DNA of 64,000 nucleotides from Trichoplax adhaerens (taxonomy: Eukaryota > Animalia > Placozoa). The position numbers and the translations under genes were made by a program. Location of the stretch: assembly GCF_000150275.1 (NCBI RefSeq), contig NW_002060945.1:4451397-4515396 (forward strand), given 5' to 3'. A model generated the notes under the pieces. That model was not told the DNA's origin. It saw only the letters and a program-made list of their open reading frames with translations, and did no database searches. This document shows positions 14,001-28,100 of the stretch, piece by piece (position 1 is the stretch's first letter; the number at the start of each line of letters is the position of its first letter).

Positions 14001-14265
14001 TTCTTCTCGTACTGTCTGTACTGTACTGTATAGTATGGAATAAACTGCTTTTATTGGAGACTATTTTTAGGTGGGAAATTAACAGATGATAGTAGTGAAT
14101 CTATCAATAAGAATAGAGTATCTTGCATACTTTTTCCCCTAATGTCGAATCAGTATGATTAATTATCAATATTATTATCATCGTTCAAGTTAGCTTCAAG
14201 TATTGCAATACCGCCTATTAAAAATCGAGTTGAAATTTATGGTGTGTGATAGCCTATTTCAGCAG

Positions 14266-15405
14266 CAATAACTACCAAATATCTACTACAGTGGAAGAAA
14301 TGCTTACAAAAATTTCTACTTTTCCAAGTACATTGTACAGTAGAGAGTACAAGTGCAATAGCACTGTGTGCTGAGTAGTAGTGTTTTTATAGGGTAGATA
14401 ATGAAGAGGAAAGTTGACCATATTTGTTATGTTAGTGTGTAAAATGAAAAGTCCCAACGCCATTGGATTTCTACTTGTTCTACGTAGGATAATAGGATAC
14501 TCAATAACTAACAAATATCTACTACTGTACAGTGGAAGAAATGCTTACAAGAATTTCTACTTTTCCATATGCATTGGACAGGAGAGAGTACAAGTACAAT
14601 AGCACTGTGTGCAGAATAGTGACAATATTTTTATAGGGTAGATAATGAAGAAGAAAGTTGACCATCTTTGTTGTGTATTTAGTGTGCAAATGAAAAGTCC
14701 CAACGCCATTGGATTTCTACTTATTCTCCGTAGGATAATAGGATACTCAATAACTAACAAGTATCTACTACAGTGGAAGAAATGCTTATAAGAATTTCTA
14801 CTTTTCCTTATGCATTGTACAGTAGAGAGTACAAGTACAATAGCACTGTGTGTGTGCTGAGTAGTGAAAATATTTTTATAGGGTAGATAATGAAGAAGAA
14901 AGTGAACCATCTTTGTTGTGTGTCGAGTGTACAAATGAAAAGTCCCAACGCCATAGGATTTCTACTTGTTCTCCGTAGGATAATACATTATACAGGAGAG
15001 AGAGTACAAGTGCAATAGCACTGTGTGCTGAGTAGTGAAAATATTTTTATAGGGTAGATAATGAAGAAGAAAGTGAACCATCTTTGTTGTGTGTCGAGTG
15101 TGCAAATGAAAAGTCCCAACGCCATTGGATTTCTACTTGTTCTCCGTAGGATAATAGGATACTCAATAACCAACAAATATCTACTTACAGTGGAAGAAAT
15201 GCTTACAAGAATTTCTACTTTTCCATATGCATTGTACAGTAGAGAATACAAGTGGAATAGCACTGTGTGCTGAGTAGTGAAAATATTTTTATAGGGTAGA
15301 TAATGAAGAAGAAAGTGAACCATCTTTGTTGTGTGTTGAGTGTGCAAATGAAAAGTCCCAACGCCATTGGATTTCTACTTGTTCTCCGTAGGATAATAGG
15401 ATACT
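14266..15405. repeat. Tandem array of ~240-bp units (about 4.7 copies)
   Basis: Units start at caataac: 14266, 14502, 14748, a 5'-deleted copy at ~14991-15163, and 15164. Shared blocks include cagtggaagaaatgctta, atagggtagataatgaag and aaatgaaaagtcccaacgcc. Confidence 0.97.
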
Positions 15406-16720
15406 GTGGAGAGAGAAGATTGAGCGGGTGACAGTTCATTTTGCGCACGATGAAGCTGTTAATTACTGCAAGTATTCAATTGTAATGAACCAACAATAAC
15501 AATGGAGGGGTGGCGAGTCACTTATTGTGTTGTACCGTACTGTAGTGTGTCCACTACTTTGCTGGGCAGGGTACAATGTTTGCTGTTCCAAAGTGATGTC
15601 ACCCTTGTATCCAAGCAGTATCATCAATCGGAAGCAAAACGAATGTCACCATACTACAGTATGAAGTGGTCGCTAATCGGTACACTGCCACACCTACTCT
15701 ACTCCAATATACAATCCAACACCTGTACCTGTTCACTTTGTTTTCTACTACTTCAGTAGGCTGTATAGAGGGTGTTAGTAAGCAAGCAAGTCCAACGACA
15801 ATTTACAATTATCCCCCCAAAAACGACAGGCATTGCACACAGACCACCAGCCAATCTCAACAGGCAAAAAAAAATCCCACATTACAATATAGTTTATCTT
15901 TATTATTGGTTTTACTGTTTGTAGTCGATCTGTAAATTATCTTGCCTTTGATTGAGCGTATCCATTCTTTTTCCTGGCTTACTGCTTCTTCTGTCCATAC
16001 AGATTGTCGCTATTATTATTGGACTGTCGTTGACAGACTCAAGGCAGCACTACGTAAGTAAAATGCGATATCCAATGCAAGACTAGGATGATTTCAGTAA
16101 TGGACTTTTCCATTCCAACTACTCCATTCCTTTCCACTACTGTAGAATAGCTTAAAATCTACCATGGTTTAATTACCAGCAATGATGGTCATAATAATTC
16201 TATCTAACGTCATTTAAAAGACCAACTTTAATGTCGTATCGGATGACTAATGTAATATTGAACTACGTTGGATAGGATACGAGCTCTCCATCTTTTGTGC
16301 TCTCAACGACACCTCTTTATTAACCACAACTTAAACAAATAATGACAGCATTTTTTCCACATTGGAAAATACTCCATCACTACTTTGAATAATATCGATC
16401 TTTTACTCATTTCGTCCTATCTTAACGGAAGTGTGATAGAGAGTTGATGAATTATTGATTCACTCCATTATTTCGAAACTGGCAGAACTGGAGTACCATT
16501 TATTATTTTGCTGGTTTTTTTTCCTTTATTCCTTTTTTGCGATCTTTTTTTACACTCTACATATATTGACAATCTTTCGTCATCAATGTTTGAAGATGGC
16601 CATAAGTAGAATACTACAGTGTGTGTACTAGATATATCATACACACGTGCATGATATCATCATCATCATCATAGTACTGTACTAACAGCTTTAAATTATC
16701 ATTCTTTTATTCTAGTCGCC

Positions 16721-19700
16721 ATGAAGAAACTAAGACGTCGACTTTCGGCCACCTTATTAGGATTGAATAGTAAGTAAAAGCGATTGATATCTCCTTCAAT
16801 TAACCGATTGATTGATTTATTTTCATTATCTTCAACGAGCTGTCCCCAATTGCATTGGCTATAGATTTATCATTAGTTCTACTAATATGTATTGCCTATC
16901 AATGCGAAGGGATAAGAAAGCACAATCACAGATCGCCATATTCCCATTTTTCCACATGCTACGATAACATTGATACAGTACTACTACTTATTGGAAGTAA
17001 CTCTAGCATAACTACCAACTGTGATCGACGGCAATACAAGCTGCTGTTACTTTGCTACGATCCAATCGACGTAAAAATTCTCAATCTTGATTCTGTCTCT
17101 TGTTAAATTTAGTTGATAAAATCGTATCATGACTATTTCCAACATATAACGTCATAAGTAGACTGTAGAAATGATCAATCTAGTCTAAAAAAATTAGATT
17201 GCAGTAGTTTACTTTATTGATTTAGTATACGAGTATACTAAAATGTACTATTATTGAGTTAATATTTTCCATTAACGTTGACTCTGATAAAAAGTGAAAA
17301 TATAATTATAAATGTAGATAAAATTACTAGAAAATTTTTATCCGATATACAATATACTGACTTGGACGATACCAATTATTTTTTTTTTCATTGCTCTTGA
17401 ACACCACTACTAATTAATTTACTATTGCAGTGCTTCGAAGATTTTGGATCAATTTTTCTTTCCTTAATCACCTATTTTTTATTAAATAATTTTTTCTCCT
17501 AGCTAGTGGAACTAGCCCCGATGATGATGATCAAGCCAAACCGGAGAATTTAAATCATGACGAAACTAAAGATCGACAAGTAAATAGAATAAAATAGCCT
17601 TCACTAATTTAATACAAGTGTATATTTTACAATAGTACAGTACAAATTCAACCTATCTTGGACGTCATGGAATACAGATATCTATCAGTCTGCATTGCAC
17701 TGCAAGTCAATTCGACCAACTTGTTACAAACTTGGATTTTATGATAATAAATTTTAGCCGTCAATGTATTAATACTATCTAATTTATCCCCCAAAATGAA
17801 AACAATAATTTCAACCCTCTTTTCTATCAAGTTAAATGACACCTAATACTACCTATACTTATAATTTACCTCTTTTCAATCCAACTTTTACTACTTAACT
17901 ATTTTACAAGGAGGACGAACAAACAGTCAATAGGAAAGAAAAAAAAGGAAATAGTTTTAAAATAAAATATCATCGCAATAATGTTTCTAGCCAAGATGAT
18001 GGATCAGCGACAGGATCCGCCTTTGGTACAAATACCACTTTTAGACCTAAATTATTTCCGTTTCGTCGCTATTCTTCCATGTATGAATCAGAAACAGTTC
18101 GCCAAAAAATAAATGCAGCTAAGGAAACTATTGAAAATAGTGGTAATAGTAAGCAGATTTCAAATCAACGGCGACACTCTGCTGCCATCGAATCACCGGT
18201 ATTGGTTTATTATTATTATTATTTAATAAGATATTTATAATTAGTCGGCGCTAATATACGTTGTGTTATATTGGTATTACAGTTGAAATTACACATTTTT
18301 AGGTAGAAGGAATATTTAATGTAATTAATTAATGTATTTTATGTATCATATTAGTCTACTAGTAACGTGTGGATAGACTGACTGTACGCATTGGTACCAT
18401 TTATAAATTATTGTAATGGTGTGCGTCAGTAATTCACATCTTGTTCCATTTTATGAAATGTTGTAAAAAATAGCTTGAATCCTTATCGTTTCTGCTATTT
18501 TCTGTACAGTCTAAAGTGTAATATCTTCACCGAAATGTGCTATTGTCTAATCGAATTGTCTGTTAATGTTATGTATGTATACTACCTATATATTTCGCCA
18601 CCTGGAATGAAACTTAGTGTAACAGCAATTGCTTATAGTATTTTTATGATTCTAAAGGCCTCAGTCTAGACATCATAATTCCTAGACTAATTTATAATTT
18701 ATGATGATCTAAGATTAAAGTTTTAAATTAGTCAGTCTTCCTTTAACCAAGTTACCTGAGCACTTGTTAAATAAATTAGCAGGATTGTTATCGAGAAATG
18801 AAGACTTTAAATTCAGTGTTTAAGATAAATCAAAAAAATTTTATTTTTTACAATGCTTAGAGCATACCATTTGGTACTGAAGATGCTTATGAAAAGTTAG
18901 AACCTTTAGGCGAAGGATCATATGCTACTGTTTATAAGGGATATAGTATGTAAGTCTATTTAATACACTTTTAATCATAGAGAACTCTTATACAAGCATA
19001 GAGCATCATTTTTTTACTGATCTATTACATGACAATACGACAAATGCGGTTTTTATTCAGTTCTATTTATAATTACGGTGTACATTTGTCCACCATATAT
19101 CGCTTACTGACGACGTCGGTAATTTTGCTTTTCTATCAAAAAAACTGTTTACCTAGAGGCCATCAAAAATTGGTAGCCTTAAAAGAAATCACTTTAAATG
19201 AAGAGGAAGGAACACCATTTACAGCTATACGTGAAGGTAAACTAATTATTTTCTCATTTCAGCAGTTATTTAGACCTAATTAAGAATTTTCTTTGTTTCA
19301 TTGTAATCATTGAAAGTATCCTTTTTTGTTTCAGCTTCTTTGCTAAAACAATTAAAGCACGCTAATATCGTAGTTCTTCACGATATTATACAAACTCCAA
19401 CGAAATTAACCTTTGTTTTTGAATATGTTGTATGTTAGAGCTTCATTACACTATTCATTTGCTACAATCCTGACTTCTTTTATAGATAGATTTTACTAAT
19501 CTTTACACATGACTATTTTAACAGACAACAGATCTTAGTCAATATTTAAATCTTCATCCAGGCGGTTTAAATATGAAAAATGTAAAAGTAAGCTTTCTGT
19601 GTTATTAATTTTAATTCATTCTTTATGATATTCGTAGCGATTAAAAAGAATTGTACTGTATTTTTATCGCATAGCTTTTTCTTTACCAACTTCTAAGAGG

Positions 19701-21133
19701 CCTTTCGTACTGTCATCAACGAAGGATATTACATAGGTAGTGTAAAAATCTAGCAATCACCTAGGCTATTTACAATAAAATCCAAGGAAAGGACTTATTT
19801 CTGTTAATAAATTGATCTTCACCTTTTGCTTTGCCTTTACCTACTATTAGGGATATTAAGCCACAAAATATACTTGTCAGTGAAATTGGTGAAATTAAGT
19901 TAGCTGATTTTGGTAATGAATAAAGAAGCAGTGACGGATTTTCACATCATTTTATTACGTTTTAATCATTGGTATCATTACTAAATAAAAGTACATATTT
20001 TATTAGGATTAGCTAGAGCAAAATCTGTTCCTAGTAAAACTTACTCACCCGATGTTGTGACTTTATGGTAGGTTAATTGACCCAATTTTTATATAATCCC
20101 ACGGTATCTGGATTTTAAAAAAATGATGAATTATACTTCAGGTATCGCCCACCGGATGTTCTGCTCGGATCAACAAATTATTCAACTTCATTGGATATAT
20201 GGTACACTTACTATATCTCTTATTGTGTCAATTGTTGTAGAAAACCTGAATCTCGATATAGTATCAGTATCCAATTGTAATAGCATCTTCTACAACATTA
20301 AAGGGGAGTTGGCTGTATATTTACTGAAATGGTATCTGGCATTGCAACATTCCCAGGCGTAAGAAACATTAGTGACCAGTTAGATAAAATCTGGCATAAG
20401 CTGGGTACGCCCACTGAAGAAACATGGCCTGGAGTTACAAGTTACCCTGAGTATTGTGCTGGTATTGAAAGATTACTTTGAATAAGCATTTTTATTAGTA
20501 ATTTTCTTTAGACTTTTAGGTCTTTAGCATCATTCTTAATGTTTCATGTTGCTCATGCGATGTTATTCGAACACATGTGGTAATTTCTACTGTTGTGTAA
20601 TTATTTTCTGTAGCTGAAACCATGTTTTATGAGTCACGAACCATCGCTGAAGTTATACCAAGGTTACAACTGCTCATATTTTACGGATTTTTATATTTTG
20701 AAAGGTATACAATGTTAACAGGCTATTTATCAATTCCATATAAAAATTTAGACTTATGAAGGACCCGGGTGCTGCTGACTTAGCTACTAAGATGCTGCAG
20801 GTAAATATAGCTTTAATTAAGTAGTTAAATCACGATAAGTACTTATATGATGTGAATTTCTCTAGTATCAACCATTTAAACGAATATTTTGCCAAGCCGC
20901 AATGAATCATCAATACTTTACTGACATACCTGAAGGAATCATAAAGTTACCTCCTAGTAAGAATTAGATTCCATGTAATAATATTTTAAAGCATTTTCTA
21001 TCTATCTTATATTGAATTACGTATGTTGTTCTTACCTTTTACAGCTGTTTCCATATTCTGTAATGGTTTGGTTAAATTGGCTCCAGAAGAAAATGAATTT
21101 GAGGGAGATTCGTTAACCTCTGTGATATCGTAA
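16721..21133 (+). CDS. CDK14: PFTAIRE cyclin-dependent kinase (CDK14/CDK15 family), 16 coding exons
   Basis: Exons 16721-16769, 17503-17579, 17911-18198, 18861-18949, 19157-19236, 19335-19429, 19525-19587, 19675-19736, 19851-19912, 20007-20067, 20142-20201, 20304-20461, ~20614-20662, ~20752-20800, ~20866-20956, 21044-21133. Motifs [67 protein letters not shown]. Confidence 0.95.
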
Positions 21134-24100
21134 TAATTTATCTACCCATCTATAAATTCCAAAGTTATTCAATAATTATTATTAATAATTGACCAAGCGA
21201 TTGACATAAACGTTAGTACCAACGTTGGACTTAATGCAAAAGTTTTAAATTACAGCTATAAAAATTGTACATGGTGAGCTGTAGGCTCGTGTTCCCCGAA
21301 ATACAGTATTTGTATGGGCAAGAAATAACTAATATCTTAAAAATTTCTTATTCTGTTTCAATTTCGTAAAGCTGATATTTTATAATTAACTGATTTGGGC
21401 TTACTTCTGCTATGTAACCGACATATCACACGTTACCAATATAAATTAATGGACAAAGATACCATTATGATTAAGTGTTGTATATCATTGTTCTGTTCAA
21501 TTTTTGTATAAGAAATATTTAACATGTAATAATCCTTTAAGGAAGAACAACCTATTTAAGACTCGGTATATTTCCTTTCACCTAAAAATATTGTTGTTTT
21601 ACTCAAGTAAGTGGCAATATTTAAAATTCTGACGCTATATTAATTGACGTCATTTAAATATCGGCTATGTATTTTACTTGCTTACGAAATACGCTGTCAT
21701 AAAATATAGTCGTTATTTTTTACGAGAGAATGATAAAATATAGCTTATCCTAACATTAGCGGTTACTTTTAATAACTAAAGCTGACGTTTCTGTATACAA
21801 GATAATGGTCTAATGAAAACATAACGATATTGTACGCATTAACACTCGTGCTAATCATTTCCTTTTACATTTCATGCACGACATTACGTATCGGTGTAAG
21901 AGGACGGCTGCTGTAAAATAAATCTATCTCTTTATTTTAATTGCAATTCTAAAGGCGTATTTATATCTTGTTTCTTGAGATAAACAACAGGTGTATCAAT
22001 CTCAAAATTGTAAGCTCTGCTATTCAGAACATAATCGTTACAATGCGATGATATTTTTTATATTATCAAGTGAGTTTATTGCTCTTAACTTTTTAGGTTG
22101 AAATACCTAAATAGTATAGTCCACTTTACTTACAGCTATGTACGCGTGCTTCATCAGAGTATCCTGATGAAAGAAGCCTATACTTACTATTAAAATTGAT
22201 CATCACCAGTCTATACTATTTAGTACATGATATTTTCATCAAGAATAACCTATAATATTGTTTAATATTGATACTGTATCTACTTCAAGTTTTTACTACC
22301 ATATACGCATACATATACATACATGCTTACATACGTACCAATCACCTGCAAAACAATACTTAATTCTAGTTGAAAAGGTATATAGATAAATAACATAATT
22401 AGATGATACAAAATATTATCTATACACGGTATTATCATTTAATTCAGCTGATAAGCAAATATTTTAGTGTGTGTAAATTATAAATATTAATACTGATTTC
22501 AAAAGCCTGCTTCTATCTTAAAAGTGTGAAAATGACCGGATGATCCCCAAAACAGTATTTCAAGTATACGATACTTTCATATAATTTACTAGTCAGATAG
22601 ACATTTGAATAATGTAAATTGTCAATGTCAATACTGATTTTAAACCTATTTCTAATTAAAAATTTACGAAGACGACCGATATTATTTCGTATAGAAATAC
22701 CTTGTGGAAGTATCAACGAATATCTAGGGAATTTTATTAGACGTGGCAATGTGTTACCCAGCTGAGAAGCAAAGAATACATAGCCATACTATAAGAGAAT
22801 ATGATACAGCATTAAAAATTATTTGGTCCTACATTTTCCTATCAGTATTAAGCACTGTATATATGAATTATTTATCTGCCAACGTTTAAATGCGATTATG
22901 TGACATACATCAGATATGTGCAACTCAGATACTTGTACACAAGAGAGAACTTTTCTATGTCTATATATACGCCAGCATTCAATTCCATCAAAGGTATTCT
23001 TTCTTCAGCTCACTTAACTACGTACACGTATGAACATTAAAATGATGTGTAAGTTTTGATATCTAAATTATAATAGACATTCTTTCTTGCAATTTGTATC
23101 TGCTATAGCGCTACAATATCAAGCCTATAAATTGATACAATACTTTAGAGGCACGTAGCCTCCAATTATGTAACAGATTTCTTTACGGTAATTGATCTAA
23201 TATATTTGTAGTATAGTAGTTGAGACCTGATAACACTCACAATACGAGAAAAGTAAAGCTAAATTGAAATTAATATGTACGATAATTCACTTGTACTCTA
23301 GATTGATCAGATGTCTACGAAGTTATAATTAAACATGCATCAGCAGAAAATGATATTTTATTTTTTATACTATCAAAAATAGACGCAAATGCATAGTAGA
23401 TTATTTAAAGAGGAAACCATACAAAATAATGAAATGAAAATATTCAAGCGACGATTAGAATATAGACTAAATATAAAGTTAAATAAGAATGAAATACATG
23501 CTAGTTTTTCACTATTGGAAATTGTATTTTGTACTTGTATATAACACGTACAAAATCCAAAACAAAGTAAATCCAACAATGATGTATAGGATCATATTAC
23601 AATCTTATAACTATAAGCAATTTTTTACTAGCATAAAATAGACCCAAATCAGTTACTACTTAACTTTACCCCTATATATATTTGGAGTAATATATGATAT
23701 CAACTAATGACATCACTGTCTTATATTCAACTGCGAATTTCTAGTAACTACCTAGATATTTACCGGATATTTTACATATATGTAAGTGAATTATGTAATC
23801 ACTATTTCAATTTTTAATCGAATACGAGTAAGCCCGTATCATTAAGATATAATATAGTTATGAAAAAGAAGGTAATATGTTACCCAAAAAATATAGAAAT
23901 GAGGAATACAAAGCTATATCATAATAAAAGTAGTCTACTGTTAATAGCTAATTTAGTTGAATATGAGAACATCCAGAGTACTGCATGAAGAAACATTCGA
24001 CACAATGCGATCATATCGATGATACGAAGTACAGTCTAGACATGTAAATGAATACATTACTGTAACATCAATTAAAGAGATTATACGAAAGATTCGAATA

Positions 24101-25145
24101 TATGGCATGTGTTAGTAATAGAAATACTATCGCGATATCATGATTTGATGTTCATAGCAACTAATACATATTTCAAAAAATACTTCTAAATGGCATTTCG
24201 TAATAACATTACAATAGCCAGTTTGATTGCAATTAAATGGACTCACAAATATCCGGTAGCTTTAGGATATTAATGATAGTAGTATATAGCTAATACATCA
24301 ACAATGTTGTAAAAAATATACCCTTATTTTGTTAGCCGTTTAGATATAATATTGTTTCACAGATCTGATCATAGGAAAGTCAACGAATTATGAAATAGTA
24401 GAGGCAATTGCAAGAGTTTAGAAATAGAGAGCTATTTAGCAGCTGATTAAATTGGTATGATGCGAAATGTTACGTCATTCAATTAAGCAATTCTCAAATT
24501 CTCCTGTTATGTTTATCGATAAAAAATACACAAGTTATTTTTAGGTTACAAAGATATGATCACTGCGTTATTTGACATGAAGTTGGTGTTATTTTAAATT
24601 CCAGCATGTAGCCAGCTATACGCTTAAAGATTAAAAATTTTATCAGACCATGGAATAATAACTAATGGTAGTATGATGTGGTAAATTGATGGGATACAAT
24701 TAATTAATGATATATTATAAAGGAATACACTAATGAAAATCGAAATATGAATGCTGGAGTAACTTATATTTGATTTCGTTGCGACAACTCATGTCCATTT
24801 TCAAAGCTTTGCATTCAGTACAATAGTTTATAGATATCTTGTTACTGCTTATCGGTTGTACTAACTATCCAATATAGTGTCTTTCAATCTCACTAAAACA
24901 TAGTTATAGGACATACATCGAATTGATGAAACGGTAACAACTAATTTTATATTTAGGTTATAGTTCATCGTATTTCAAAAATCTCTAAAAGAATGCAGGA
25001 CTTGATTCTTATTCGGTATCCTGACCTCAAATTATGATTTTAATCCATTTTAGAAGTCTTCACAGTAGTTTTAATTAAAAGACTTGCCTACTGTTTTCGC
25101 CATGATTTCTGTTACGTCAATTAATTAGTAACTTTGATTATTAAA

Positions 25146-28100
25146 TCAATAAACTAAATCATTGCTTGACGTATTTGAGTTTTGGCTAGAGTTAGCATTA
25201 TTGATACTATTTTCAACTTCCAATACCATAGGGCTCGTGACTGAAAGAGTAGATTCGTCAAAGTTGACGGTAACCGTCTTCACTGATTGGCCATTGCCAT
25301 TACTTACGATATTGGCATCATGATTTCTGTGTTGATTATCAATTTGAGTACTATCGGGCGTTGTCAGATTTGTCTCTTGGAAAGCTGTTTCAGCATTTTC
25401 TTGTGCTATATTCTCAACTATAATGTTATTTACCACAGACACTTCTTCATCTGTTGCGTTCTCGCTGTATTCCATCTCATGATTTTCAGAGTGATCTTGA
25501 TTTATGTCACCATTATGATTTGCTTGTTTAGTAATAATCGTTTGAGCATTTTGTGGAGTTTGTGGAAGTGAAGTAATTAAAAGGTTAGGATTACACCTAG
25601 GCGATTGACTCAAGTAATGTCGAACGTCATCAGCTTGAGCTAATCCTTCAAAAAATGGAATGAGATCCAATAATTCATTGTCAGCAGGATCATCGAACCA
25701 CGAGCGTATAGGAACCTTTACAATAAATTAAATAATATTAAGAAGCAAGTTTAAAAATTAAGTAAGATTAGTTTATTTATTTCTCTCGTCGATTGAAAAT
25801 AGGTTATTTATTTTAGAAGTGATTTAATCGCTATCTTAATATTTTAGCAGCTATGTACAAATATAAATTTCTTCTTGTTTATCTCATTATTTATTGACTA
25901 TAAAATAAGTTTCGCCGACGATTGCATAGCTCCGTTAAATGGCAGATTATTAGCTGTGATCAGGTAGATATACATTACTGTGCTATTCAATTTTCTGTTT
26001 TCGGATAAAACTCTAATAAAACTATTATCCTATATATCTTTTTAGACTCGTTTTTACGCAAAGACCTACCGCATTCTCGGGATGAAAAGCGTAGGAAGTC
26101 GGAGAGTTATCGAGTATCACGGTTGATTTTAAATCGCGACCAAGTTTACTTAAATCCTAGTTGCCATTAAAGAACCAGATGATAAACTTAAATTACAGAA
26201 ACATAAGTTATAGAATATATGTATGCGTTTAAAAAGGTTCAATCTCTATGGGTAACATTCTTCATAGCGAAAGACTTTCATAAGTAATATTTCGATTATC
26301 TATAGATTACTAAAAACGCTACGGTATAATTATTGATTTTCGAACTATTGAGAGCTTGTTACTGTAAATATCGCTTCACTATAACGCAATAGTTAGTTAA
26401 CTTTATAAATAAAGGAAAATATAAAATGTTACCTTAACATAAAATCCACGATTATAAACGCAAGATTCTCGATATAACTTGTTATCAAAGACGTTCCATT
26501 TGTCGAGTAACTTCGATACGGGTTCGGCATACTGAATAAAATATAATGAATTTCAAATTTTTATACCTAGAAAAATCTATAATTATTGTATGAAATATGT
26601 CGGACCAAGAGTAAAGCTAGCCACAAAAGATTATAATATCAAAATTATAGGGGTATTACTTTCAATAGTAGTTTTGTTTACATAAACGAGATAGATAAAT
26701 CTGATAAAGGACTGCAAAATTTATACGATTGTCATCATTCTTCTGCTTCGTACCTTAGAAACACTAGCTGTAAATAAAACACATTCAAACAGCTGACCCA
26801 TCCGCTCTAAAAACTTGTCAATGTGTGGTCTCTTCAAGACGTAGACCTATTAATTAAAAATAAATCAATACCATTGGAAAGGTGAATTTTATACCAGAAA
26901 TTGACACAAGTACAGTAGTATCGTGTTATTTATGATACTATAAAATCGCAACTAGATTAAAGAATCATTCATCATATTATAAATCGTATCTGACCAAATA
27001 TTTTCCAGCAATATACTATCCCAATCATTACCGTGTGAACGATATTGTCAATCTCTACCGGTACGATATAGTCCGCATTTTTAACCGGCTAATTTTTCGA
27101 TAAAGGAGGCAATGGTATTGGCATTAGTTCAAGAGTAAACATGTATACAACTGATATATTATTAACAAATCGTAGTTTAAACTTCAAAATCGTATTGAAT
27201 AAGTGGTAGAAATATCAATTCTATCAGCGTTAATAGAACGAGAAATATTGTACTATTCAAATTAAGCTACTTTACTGGTATAATTTATTATAACTTTGGC
27301 CTAATATTCGCTTAGTAAATCAATCCATAAGCCGATTGCGTAATAGCTGATCGAAAAAATTATAGTATATAGCAAAAAACGAGTACTGACTCTAATGACT
27401 GATTATGATAACTTACAATATTACTAAATTTTTAACCTCCAAACTAATTAAACAACCTTTGTTCTTGACAACGTAAAATATTACTCTTTGCTACTATTAG
27501 CCAATACCGCTACTGATTGAACCTCTCTATCGCTAGATAAAATGACTTACTTTAAAAGAGCTATGGACTAATGTTTCATCTAAATCAATTATAACACATT
27601 TCTTCTTGTTGGCCAAATCTTGCTGTGGAGGCAGAAGATATCTCTGTTCACCCTAAGTCAATAAATGTCGAGAGAGGGTACCATTTAGAACAATTACTTT
27701 ATCTAAAGTTCAGCTGTATTCCACTTTTTGACTATACAAATTTATAACGGTTCGTTCCCTTCGGTGTACAATATAGAAATTTAATTTAATTAACAGCCTT
27801 TCAATTAGTCAAATACCACCGTGGTACTGGGAGAAGATTTTAAGCTATCTTATTTATCTTATCGTACTAATAATAACTCCGTGTAATCAATTTGAAGTTC
27901 ATCTGTGTCGAAATTTTCAAGTTCATCTAGGTCGAGATTTTCAAGTTCCTCCCAAAAGGATGTAGGTACATTGCTTGTATTGGCCTCCATCTACGGTAAT
28001 AATAGCTACATAGTCGTAATCCGCAGGAAAACTTAAAGTTTGGATGGTTAAGGACGCCGTCAGTTATAACAATCGTTTTCAAATATTTTCAAATATTTTT

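Noticed and set aside
14272-15448. Repeated ORFs in the 240-bp array, and the idea of a CRISPR-like array
   Set aside because: Frames shift between copies, whole units repeat with no unique spacers, there are no cas genes, and the context is eukaryotic.
19316-19325. GTATCCTTTT, a U12-type donor consensus, in CDK14
   Set aside because: It lies at the 3' end of an ordinary GT-AG intron whose boundaries already give the correct kinase sequence.
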